Assembly: GCA_907165135.1 (NCBI GenBank)
Contig: OU015568.1
Location: 4,340,001-4,404,000 of the forward strand
Direction of reading: 5' to 3'
DNA: 64,000 nt
Origin: Oikopleura dioica
Lineage: Eukaryota > Animalia > Chordata
Made by a program: the position numbers and the translations under genes. Of the stretch, positions 45,578 to 56,502 are shown in pieces (within the stretch, counting starts at the first letter, position 1; the number at the start of each line of letters is the position of its first letter). The notes under the pieces were generated by a model, which saw only the letters and a list, made by a program, of their open reading frames with translations, made no database searches and was not told the DNA's origin.

Positions 45578-47761
45578 CTATCGACCTCTTTGGCCGCCAG
45601 AATAATTATCAAAAGTCTCGCCAGTCGCCCTAGCTGCAGCAGCTTTTGCTTGGAGAATGCTCGGAAGAATGACGTTTTCAAACTTGTCGAAATCTGGTTC
45701 TTTTCCATCAACGACCATGAAATCTTCCGGTCGAAATTTGCAGCCTACTTTTTGCTGGTTGTAAAGATAGTTGCTGGGCTCGGCAATCTGACCTGAGTAA
45801 AACCCTGAGTCAGTCCCCTGAGTACTGAGTACACAGGCCCTGACCTGTGTGCCTGAGTAAAATCGAGGCTCGAGAAAAAAAACCCTAAGCCTGACCCTGA
45901 CCTGAGTTGAAAGACAGGCCTGAGTTGCTCACACAGGGCCTGAGTAAGCTAAAAAAGCACAAAAAAGGGTCAATTTGCAACGTCAAGGGGGTCAAAATGC
46001 AGTGATTTTCCATCTTATGGGAGATTTGTGATTATAGGTTATATGTTATCTTGGAAAATGAAATTATTAAAATTTTCATCTGTCGAAAAAACCCTGTGTT
46101 TTGGCCTGAGTCAGGCACCTGACCCTGACCTGAGTTCCTGAGTCTGAGCAGGCCTGACTGAGTACCCTGAGTACCTGACTGAGTGAGAAACCCTGACCTG
46201 AGTTCCTGAGTAAATATCGAGAAAAATTTTTCGAACCCTGACCCTGACCCTGTACTCAGGTTGCCGAGCCCAGGATAGTTGAAGTGCGAGACGAAAACGG
46301 GGACGGGGAAAGACATGCAAAGAATGCCCATCATTGCGCAAAACGCCCCACTAAAATTGTTAGAGCCTTATCCTCAAGAAGATGTGGTCACCTGATCTTT
46401 CCCGCCAACGAAATAGGCACGACGTCACCATATCCAACCGTGCACATGGTTATTATTGCCCACCAAATACCATCGGGGATTGATTTAATCGAATTTTCAC
46501 GGTCACTAGAAAGGTAAATTTGATCATCAAAAAGTTCAGCCTCATACTGATATTCCGCATCCATGTGAAAAACAAACGAAGCAAAAGTCACGGCCAAAAC
46601 CATCTGGAACATGACCAAAAGAGTGAGAACCCTCGCTGATCTTCTCAGAGTTTCTCCTAGAATTCTCAGCCCTCGGGAATATCTTTCAATCGATTCAATC
46701 TTTTCCATTTTTCCGCGATTCGGGAGTAGTTTGAATCGTTTCTTGAAAGCTTCAGAACTCGAAAAGCTCTGGTTATTCTCAATATTCGCAGCATGAAAAT
46801 GACGACGTAGTTATGATGCGCTTCGGATCCATTACAGGTGCTTATTCCGAGAATGGTTCTGAAGAGCCAAGGTAAAATCGCGAGAAAATCGATTATGTTC
46901 ATGATATCGGCGATAAACGATCTCCAAGAAGGCGCTAGAATAAAAATCGTTAGCTTTGGGTTCTCCGATTTGCTTTTTACCGCAAAGAAGTCGCAAAGAA
47001 AGCTCGATGATAAACCAGACAACACAAATGCTCTCGATGGAATACATCGCGATCACACTTGTCGAGCAAGATTCCCCGTCTTCTGCAGTTTTACTGATTC
47101 CTGGAAGAGTTTCGATGCAGAAAAGCGTGGTCGACACGACAATTGCAAGAATGGATAGGGAAGAAATGATTTTTGCAAGAGTTGAACTCGTTGGATTTTC
47201 GAAAAGTGTCCAGATCTTCATTCTTGTCGTCTGAAAAATGTTCGATCTACTACTTGAATACTTGTTTTTCTAACCAGGTTTTTGACTTCTTCCTCTTTTT
47301 CCATGAGCAAGCCTTCATTCCGAAGAAAATCTTCGATCGCAGGAACAGGCAGCTGGTAGAATGAAATTTCATAAAGAAAAACATCAATTGGAATCGTATC
47401 GGGGCAAACTAGCTCGCCTCCGATCGAGAGCCAATTTGCAATGACTTCGAACGAGTTTCGATGGCGATCGAGAAAGAATTCTTGGCCGTCCCAGTATTTA
47501 TTGAACGCTGCAAAAAAGCTCGTTACTAAAATTGAAGGATTATCTACCTGGATCAGCAAAAATAGTCTCTGGATAGCGCTCCTCAATCCCGGCCAAATCC
47601 AATTCAAGTCGGAGTCCCGAGACATTCACAACAGCAAATCCTTATTCCAGGGTATTTCGTGGTCATAAATCAGTGGCGTTATGACTGTCAATTAAATAAA
47701 TCTTGACAAGTTCATCCATTTTTATTGCAAGTCGCGATTGTTTACCCGATCCTTGGCTCAT
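45578..47761 (-). CDS. Shaker/Kv1-like voltage-gated K+ channel; MITE inserted just after S6
   Basis: T1 VVNVSGLRLE...EFFLDR, S1 FENPTSSTLAK, S4 RILRITRAFRVLKLSR, pore TMCTVGYGD, S6 PVPVFVSHFNY; one 1-nt shift near 47630 (probable homopolymer error). Confidence 0.93.
45774..46273. mobile_element. 500-bp MITE, 18-bp TIR, 8-bp TSD GATAGTTG (hAT-like TSD length)
   Basis: GATAGTTG|CTGGGCTCGGCAATCTGA ... TCAGGTTGCCGAGCCCAG|GATAGTTG; many internal CCTGAG/CCCTGACC motifs. Confidence 0.95.
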
Positions 47762-49331
47762 TTGAGAGAGTTCATGCTGGCTGAGCTGTCTAAAAAACGG
47801 ATGAAGAGGACAAAAATTGAGCAAAATGAAAATCTGAAAGTTTCATCCATTCCTTGGGCTCTTACAGCTTTGTCGCGTCGGACTGAAGTCGATTTTCGAA
47901 AGCGTTACTAGAAAAACAATCAGAAAAAAGTCATTTCTACAGTCATTTTCATACACTGTGATTTGGACAAGTTTTTGTCAAAAGCGGAGTACATTCCCGC
48001 GCGTATCCCAAACATTTTTTCTCTTTACTTTTCTTCTCCCCTTTCTTTCTCTGTTTGATATATCTGTTTGATGCTTTTGAATGTTTATAATGTCCGATTC
48101 GAGCCCCCAACCCTTTCAGGCTAAATGCCGCCCAGAGCTGCGTCCGGGCCCCGACACTGTGAAGATCGAACCGAATTAGCTTCTCTAATCCAATTTTATC
48201 TTAGTCTCGCTCTTCGTCCTGCACATGCCTTAGGGCTTATTTTGGTCATATATTATTCCGTTATTCCCCTATTAAGCAGTTGAAAGTTCATCTCAAGTGT
48301 CTTCTTTATTGACTCTCATTTTTATTTAATTTATTCCAAAAAGACATGAAAAAAAGAGAGTTAATAAATTTTCGTCTCAAAAAAATCTTCAAAATCAAAT
48401 CAAAAGCCTTTTCCTCAAGAAAATCAAAAGAAGAAAAAGGAAGGAATTTTACGAATTAGAACAGAAAATATATTGAAAGGAGCAGTCCGACGGCCTTACC
48501 CGTGTTGAATTATTTATTCGCGGCATATTGTGAGTAGCAAAAAACCTAACGAACAGGTCCTCCGGGGGTCGAGGAAATAAATGATTGAGGCACTGCACAC
48601 GTTTTTAGAAATAAATAGTAATAAGCTTCTGACGACAGGCCCTTTGTAGGACAAACAACGATGTTAATCCTATTCGGGGACAAGAAAAAATATCTCAAAT
48701 TTCATGTCTCTACAAAATTTCCTCGAGATTTTTTTAAATAAAAAATTTTAAAAAGTTTGATTATCAAATAAATTTTAATAAAGTTGGTATGGCGATTTAT
48801 GGCGGATTCCATTACTTACGTCTTCGAGATTTTGAGTGGCTCAAGCTTATGCTTCTTTTAACAGTGTTCAACAACGACGCCTTCTTTTTCTATAAAGATT
48901 ATACCAGATAGCGCTGTTATTCTCTAAGGATCGTTATCTATGTTTGATGAACACTTAACTTCGTCTCTCTTTAACAGAATTATTCCGCGAGCATTGATGC
49001 TGACTCCCTTCAGCTAAAAACGAAAACATCTCTCTCAAGCCCGACTTCTACTTTTGCTTCGTGCTTGTCAACTCTGATTTTAAACAATCGGCGTTTTGTC
49101 GCAAGCGCCGAGATTTTTACCAAGTGGCGCGACAAGTATCGGCACTTTCTTGCCGAATTCAATGCCAGTTACCAATTTTCAACTCGAGCGGTTGCATCCC
49201 TGATACTCCGATAAATTGACATCTGACGCGGCTTTTGCTTAATTGGATCTCGGAAAAGAGGTCCGTGGATACAGTAGCTTCTCTTACAAATAATTTTGCA
49301 GTGTCGAATGAAGAATGATCTAATGAAGATT

Positions 49332-50569
49332 TTATTGAATTTTGCTCTTTGAACTTGAAGAAAAATTGAAGTAGCGGAGAAGTTCATTCGTCCAGATGGA
49401 GACGTACGCAAGAATGATAGAAGAGTATGCTGAAGTACAGTATGTTTGAGCAAACTATTCCGTCATGGAAAAACTTACGATTGTAAAGAACATCGTTGAT
49501 GACAAATCTTACAAACCAGAAGGTGTAAAGGTACTGGAATACAATCATCAAGTGGTAGTACTGGAAATAATCTCCAAAAGTTTCCAGCTTGAATCTCTTT
49601 TTCGCTGCCTTTAATTGCTTCTTGTCTACGAGAATTTTACGTTTTCAATTTCATTCGATTTCAGACCTGGTTTGATGCCGGTCTTGCGATAGACTTCATC
49701 ATGAGCGTCGAGTCCGTACATCATGATCGCATTTTTCGATCCAGCCCATTCGCAGATCATATCAGTATGATGATGGAAGTTTTCAGGAGGATTCGCTGCG
49801 CCAGGGACGCCAACGAAGCAATACAGCTTCGTTATTGTCGTCTTATCAAAAGTAAAATCAAGGAAGAGTCAACCAGCTTTACCTGGATCGCCAATAAATT
49901 TCCCACAAAAGGATTGTACTGATCATCAATTCCAAGCAAATGTCCCAAAACTCGCCAAGTATGCAAATACGCCACCAGCTCATTCTCATCTTGAATCCCG
50001 AAAAATCTGGGTGCAACTACAATTGGCCCGGCAAAACCGACCAAGACGTGGGCCATGTCTGATTGGGATACCCAAACGTGGCTTTTTGGCGCTGCCTCTT
50101 CCTTGTTGATTTTCTTCGCGACGGCTTTGTGGATTCGAACAGTGTTGAGAATTTCACGGTGACCTTTTGTTGAACTGTCAAAGACATCGTCGACAAGCCA
50201 GCTGTTAACCCGCTCAGCGGTCTTCCAATACCGCCAGAAAGCGCTAGAAAAAATTCACCTTCTGTAAGGAATGATTCTTGCTTAGTACCTTCTTGAAGTT
50301 TCAGTTCTCTTCGTAAAAACCATCACTTTCGTTACATTTTCAAAAACATGCCCTGCCACAACGGACAAGGCCATACTGAAAATGCAAGCACCTTTGTATT
50401 TCCGATAAAACTCGCGGCCTTCGTGAAATAATTTATCATCGTAGTAGTCGGGCTTTTCGAAAGTTTTCAGCGCGTCTTCAAATTTTGGAATGCTCGACTC
50501 TTTAATCAAAGTTATTAATTCTTTCTCAAAGGCTAAAATTACCGAAGAAGCCTGAGTTAACTGCTTCAT
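49332..50569 (-). CDS. DUF2236 / mpaB-rubber oxygenase-like haem protein with hydrophobic C-terminus; multi-exon
   Basis: PDYYDDKLFHEGREFY, VMVFTKR, RYWKT...W, TVRIH, NQTDMAHVLVGF, AYLHTWRVLGHLLGIDDQYNP. Confidence 0.85.
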
Positions 50570-50966
50570 AATTGTCCTTTGTCATCTGAGATTCTCTCAT
50601 ATGCAAAATGAACTGTAAGCGAGATTATAAAAGTACTGGTTTTGTTGGTTCTAATGGGAGTTGCCAATATTTGTTCTTCTGCATTCTGAGATTTTCCGTC
50701 TTCTATTTGATTTCAGCATGTTTTCTGATAATTTTTATATTACCAAGATAAAATAAACTTCGGGTAAGGATTTTGTGTTTTTCTTTTATTTTTGATAAGA
50801 GCAGATTAAACACAAATACTGTATAATACAGTAAATGGTAGTGGTTATTGAAACAGTGAAAAATGTGATAAATTGAGAAGTGCACGAAAAAATAATGACG
50901 AAAATGGATAGATAAATGAACAAAATAATGGAAAAAGCAAATGATAAAACAGTGAAGGGGTAAAAA

Positions 50967-52308
50967 TCAGCTGCTGAAGACTTCTTGGACTTTCAATCCA
51001 GGTGGGTCACCGACGTCGACGTTGTTCACAATGCATTTTCGGTCGATACAGTCAGCCGCATACATCAGCGCCTGTGACGAGGTGCTCTGTAAGCAAAGCC
51101 AGGATTCAGTGCTAGAAAAGTCAGATTATGAAATGATAGAAGAAGACATTCTTACATGGATAGTCCGGCAATGGCGATTCCGGGAAAGATGCTCAAGGCG
51201 CGTTCTAGCTCGGCTTGGCTCACTCCTGGCTTGATATTCGTGACGTAGACGCTAGAAAAAATAAGAGAAAGATTTGATAAGCTGAATTTACCAGAAAACG
51301 GGCGGAAAGACAGAAGGCATCATTTGAGGAGCAAAATGATCCGGGGCGGGGTAGACATGCGCAGGCCGAAGAAGAGGAACAACAGGCTCTTGTGGAGAAC
51401 CAGGTTGACTAAAAGGAGAAACTGTTGGTGAATGAGAAAAGCCACATGATCCATCAGGCTGACGGTTGTTTCGTTGGTCGTTCGGGTTTCTCGTGTTAGC
51501 CTAGAAAACGCGGGTTACTTTTCATATAAAGCTGTAAATTACCTTTGCGAACTCGATTCTCAGGTACATGTTGATGTTCTGATCAAGCTGGAATCCGTTA
51601 AACTCGTCCATTGCCGATTTTGCTGCTGCTACGGTCCTGAAAGTTGCGAAAGCGATCGGGTGTCCATCAGGTTTGTTGGGTGGCGGAGCGGAGATCATGA
51701 CCCCCTCGTATTCTAAAAATCAGTAGAAAATACGGCTTTGGTACAAATCAGACTTACCAGGTATGGTCCGGAAGAGAACTCGAATTTCTCGATGTTTTAC
51801 GTCTCTTGGAAGCCCGGTTATGTACAGAGTACGAACTGCATCTTCCTAAAAACCATCATTTTTTTTAAAGAGAAGAACTCCGTACCTCATTAAATTCTTT
51901 GTTAGGATTCTCCGACCGCTCGGAATCGCTTCGTTCCGGAGTGAGCAAATTATGCTGCTCTTCTTCCTCGTCATCAGGATGCGGCGTTGCCTGTCTGCTA
52001 GACAACGCCCTCGGCGCTCGTTGCAAAACATGATCCGGTAGGGGTGGCCGAACTGGAGGAAGGGGATGGACATCATCACTCTCACTGAAGAAGCTTCTCG
52101 ATCTGTAATGGACAGCGGAACTGTAGACCGAAGAGCGAATGCTTGTTTCTCCTCTTTTTCGCATGACAAAAAACTGCTGACGCGGGGGAGCTCGCGCAGG
52201 AACTCGTGGCTGAGTGGCTCGATACTCTGTGTAGATTGCCTCGAAATTCTCTTCCTGAGACATTGAGCAGCCGCAAAATTGCTGTGAAGGGTAGTAAACG
52301 GGTATCAT
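50967..52308 (-). CDS. RBPMS: RBPMS/couch potato-like RRM RNA-binding protein
   Basis: VRTLYITGLPRDVKHREIRVLF, YEG, PIAFATF, NGFQLD...LRIEFAK|ANT across spliced exons. Confidence 0.82.
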
Positions 52309-52921
52309 CTCTCGTTAGTGAAAATAGGAAGACTCTTGTGTGAGTGATCTGTGTGAAGTGGTGAAATGAAAGAGGAGCTCATCTGTTTCTCAAAAATCTG
52401 GAAATGAATATGCACTACTATTGGCCGGTTTACGTCACCTGAGGAAACGATAGCGCTCTAGATCGGCTTGGATCATCTCCTGCGGCACGTCTTTTCAACT
52501 CTCGAAGATGAAACACTCTTTTATCTAGAGAATTTCGGGTGCGCGCTACCTTGATTATCAAGTTTTCAAGGAGATCGGCAAGAAATTCTGCAAACTGCCG
52601 CATTATGCTAAATATCATCAGCAAATCACCTGTAGTCTAAAGCGAGTGTCAACCGGAGAAAATCAATCTGCCTAAAAGTACCTGCTGGCTCCAATTTAGT
52701 CGCTCTTGAAATTCAGAAAAACCTGTACATCTCAAGTGTAGCCATCAGTGTGCGTGCATCCATTATCTCTGTGAATAAGGGGACCAGTAGCTTATTATGT
52801 CTCAGAGATACCAATTTCCGTATCAGTATGCAAAAGAGACGCATGAATTTATTTAGAGCATCTTAAGAGCGCAAAGAAACTAAGACGCGTCCCCTGTCAA
52901 GAATTAATGATTACTTCTTGA

Positions 52922-52975
52922 CCAATATGCAGACGGGTATAAAAAGGGGTTGTCTTACTGTCATCTCACATCAGA
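52922..52975 (+). promoter_or_regulatory. CCAAT + TATA box + Inr-like core promoter of the small peptide gene
   Basis: CCAAT at 52922, TATAAAAA at 52938, pyrimidine-rich TCA initiator-like sequence ~25-30 bp downstream, ATG at 53016. Confidence 0.6.
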
Positions 52976-53015
52976 TCTTCAAATCCGAAAAACAAACAAC
53001 AAAACTACAAAGAAA

Positions 53016-53360
53016 ATGAAAGTTTTTCAACTCTTCACCGTCAGCTCTGCTTTTTCCGCTACTTTCTCCACCGAAGGAAACATGAGAAACTTTGGACTCT
53101 CTGTAAGTTAGAGGGGCTACATACTGAGGGGTACTGGAGGGGGGTAGGCTTGGCATAAGAGGGGGTCCCGGGAAGCTTTGCCCCTTTGTAAGGGTTAGGG
53201 TTAGGGTAAGGAGGACCCCGACCAGGAAATCCCTAATAACGGTCTTAATGAAGATATCCTTAATTTTGTCTTTCAGAGAGCCTACAAGCAGGACTTGATG
53301 AATTTCCTAAGATCTGGAGGAGTTAATGCTGTATCGAAACGATCATTCTACGAAGAATAA
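53016..53360 (+). CDS. 56-aa secreted peptide precursor, 2 exons (53016-53102, 53277-53360)
   Basis: MKVFQLFTVSSAFSA-TFSTEGNMRNFGLS|RAYKQDLMNFLRSGGVNAVS-KR-SFYEE*; GTAAGT donor, TTTCAG acceptor, AATAAA at 53356 and 53391. Confidence 0.75.
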
Positions 53361-53929
53361 AGTATATATTATCATCTTATCTGTTACTGTAATAAACCTT
53401 TCATTTTTTACTTAAAAAGCTCGTCGAAGCGTTTTTATTTATTTGAGATGTTTTTGAAGTCGTATGAACGAAAATATAGAGGTCTGCATGGATCAAGGTT
53501 AATGTTAGTGACGGGAATGAGCATGGAGAGGGCGGGCTCAGCGCTTTTTGCGCGTTGGATTTGATAAAATATTATATACAGGCACATTTAATACATACTT
53601 ATTCCCGCCGCTACGCCTCATTACCAAGAGAGGAGACTACTGACTCGTGTATATTTTTTCTTTTATTTGAAGAAATGTAAATTCAAAATCGAAAAAATTG
53701 AAAATGAAGCAAAATCGATAGAAAAAGGGACTTTTAAAAAGGATGATCAGCACGGATGAGGTCGGAAATAGCAATTGCTTTCAGGACTGAAATCATAGAA
53801 GAGAATTTTTGACAATAAAGAATTGATTCTTTTTCATTTAAAGATTTCGGGGATAGGACAGTCATACAGACAGTTTAATATGGGTAAATAAACGCCCTTC
53901 CATCCGATATCGTCCAATAAAACATTCAG

Positions 53930-56089
53930 ACTATCAGCATAGTAGGAGCAACAATATTCGTGGCGACGAGCAAGGTCAGTCTGCTCCTGCACTTTATCGA
54001 AGATAAAAAGTGGTATGGCGATTTTATGACTTTCGGCGTCACATTAGCGATGGGCACCATGTTTTCTGTCACCATTTTTCAATTCATTCCTGAAAGTCTT
54101 CACTTTCTCCATGTCCAGGTTTAACTCCAACTTTACCTATCACTGCGAAGGGGCAATTTCAGACATACAACGTCTCCTGCGACAGTTGCCACCAGGGAGC
54201 CTGGGCCGGATCAATCGTCGATCGTCATAATTGCCTTGCAATTTGCACTAGAAAAACGACAGACGAATGTGGCTTGTACAGAATCGACGTTGGAGGAGCC
54301 ACGTCTTTCATGAGCACGATGACGGTCTCCTACTTCTTTTCGATTCTGGTGTACGACATCCAAAAGGGGGTTATTTTCTTTGATTCGATTCTTGAATATT
54401 CAGGTCTGTTTTTGGTAAAAAGATTATTTTTCGATGCCCTTTTTATCCAAGTCTCGGGATGGATTTAAAAGCCATTTCAAGGATCGTCCTTTGTTCATCC
54501 TTTTTTCGGCAAGCATAACCTCAATAAGGGGTTCAAAAGGAAAAACAGTATTTTTCAAAGATAAAATTTAGACTTTATAATTTTTGAACTTTGACCTTGA
54601 ATCTTCTATCTTCTTTTCTTTGTATTATTTTCGTGATAAATTCGTGGTATTGACTCAAAGAAGACTAAATCAATTGGCAAATCTTAGTCCAAGAAATCGA
54701 TAGAATCAAAGATAATGACCCTCTTTTGGAGGTATGTCTCGGTATATCATCGTTTTTCAACGCTAAATTGTGCCAAGATGATCCAGCTACTTTTTGCGAA
54801 TGAGTATCAGAACTCAGCCAACTTTCGGCGAGTTGACAGACGGAACACGAGGAAAAACGTTCATTCCAAATCTGCCATTGGCGCTGGAGCAAAGGTAAAG
54901 ACATGAACTTGACAGAGTTCTTCAAATACCTAATGCATTTTAGATGGGGATGATTTCTGTTGCAGGAGCGCCAAATATCATCGGTAAAATTCGACGCCCA
55001 AGTTATGTCAAGACCCAGGATCATGCGATAACGATTGATCGAATACAGCGACTTGTTACTGAAACTCCTAAGGTACTTCAAAAAAGACGAGGGTCCTCTT
55101 CCATCATCAATTTTAGGTTCCAAGAAAGACGGTATTCATGGCGAATATGGAGCAAAACTGGAAGCACGTGGACTCCGTCGCTTGGGTTATTCTGCTGACA
55201 ACAGCCTTTGAATGCCTAATTGAAGGTGAGAATCAGACTGTAAATCGCAGTGACTGTCACTTTCACTCTGATTATGTCTGGAACGGGGCCCTGTGTCTCC
55301 CTGATTTTAAAAAGTAACTCAGGCATGGCATTCACGTTGACGTTGCAAGACGACATCGGTGCGGGATTTTCTGTCTTGTTCGCCATGTTGCTCAAAATGA
55401 TACCGGTAAGATTAACATCAAGGGAATGGATCAAACGAGCTCTGTAAAATGCCCGCAGGGTATTTGAAGCGCTCTGCCCCGCGGCGCAAGCCTTTTTGGC
55501 GCAGTTGGTTAGCGCGTCAGTCTCATAATCTGAAGGTCGTGAGTTCGAGCCTCACAGAGGGCAGCTTTTTTTCATCCCCTTTTTTCAGCAAAAACTTGGG
55601 AACTCCGTGATTTTGATGCAATCCGGCCTCTCCCACTTTTGGGAAAATGCACTGGTCTTGGCGTCGGTGTCAGCGATTTATCCAGGAGTCTGTATTGCCA
55701 TGTTGCTGAGGAACATGCACATAAAAGCGGCGCTGAAGGCGAAGTTTTTCGCAGCGTTGACGGGGATGTTTTTGTACCTTTCGCTAGCTAGAATGTTTCC
55801 GGTTCTTCAGGTGAGATTTGCATGCGGTTTTTCAAGCTGACAGTTCTTTCGTAGGAGCTAGTCGACGAGCCGCCGAAAACAGAAATTGGTAGACAAATGG
55901 ATCCGAAAGAATATCTCGAGCTTTCAAAAAGAAAATCTTACAGGTTACAGATATTCATCAATTTTCATGCTTCTTCGATCTTTCCGAACCTTTCGCACTC
56001 AAATTCCCTTTTCTAGGAGATTATTCTTGGCAAATATTGGATTCATATGTGCCTTTGGAATCCTCGCTCCTCTTGTAAGTCCCTTTTGA
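53930..56089 (+). CDS. LIV-1-type ZIP (SLC39A) homologue with degenerate metal-binding motifs; 5' end uncertain
   Basis: LAMGTMFSVTIFQFIPE (TM2), VAWVILL (TM4), KMIP|QKLGNSVILMQSGLS (TM5), FFAALTGMFLYLSLARMFP (TM7). Confidence 0.8.
55490..55563 (+). tRNA. trnM: tRNA-Met(CAT), elongator type
   Basis: GCCTTTTTGGCGCAGTTGGTTAGCGCGTCAGTCTCATAATCTGAAGGTCGTGAGTTCGAGCCTCACAGAGGGCA; cloverleaf, A/B boxes, T7 terminator just downstream. Confidence 0.97.
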
Positions 56090-56502
56090 AAATCGCTCTA
56101 GAAATCAATTAAGATTTATTACGAAAATTTCATCCAAGAGCAAATCGAACAAATTATCTGTGGTAGGAGTTAAAATTGAATAAACACAATCGCTGCTGTT
56201 TTTAATGTCTTTATTTTATTGTTTGATTTGTACAAGAGGTAAAAAGAGAGAAAGAGAGAAGGATACAATTAAGAGTTGGGCCAGCCAACTTTTGAACAGT
56301 TTTTTTGTTCTTCAGTGGAGAGAAATGGAGAGTTGAGAAATTGAAGCGTTTTTTTCAGAAATTTGAACCCTTGGAAAGCTTTTTTATACAATTAGAAGCA
56401 AATACAACAATATGAACAGTTCTTGTTTGGCTGATGAAGATCGTTAAAGAATTTGAAAAGGAAATTCCTTAATATTATATTAACATTGAGCAATATTGCT
56501 TT

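Noticed and set aside
48788-49320. Possible small + strand gene (…LILNNRRFVASAEIFTKWRDKYRHFLAEF…)
   Set aside because: Protein-like stretch, but no consistent exon chain or recognisable family could be built
5480-55220. Single-base frameshifts in the TSR, Kv and ZIP genes as programmed recoding or pseudogenisation
   Set aside because: Most fall at short homopolymers and are fixed by adding one base, the typical long-read error; needs short-read confirmation
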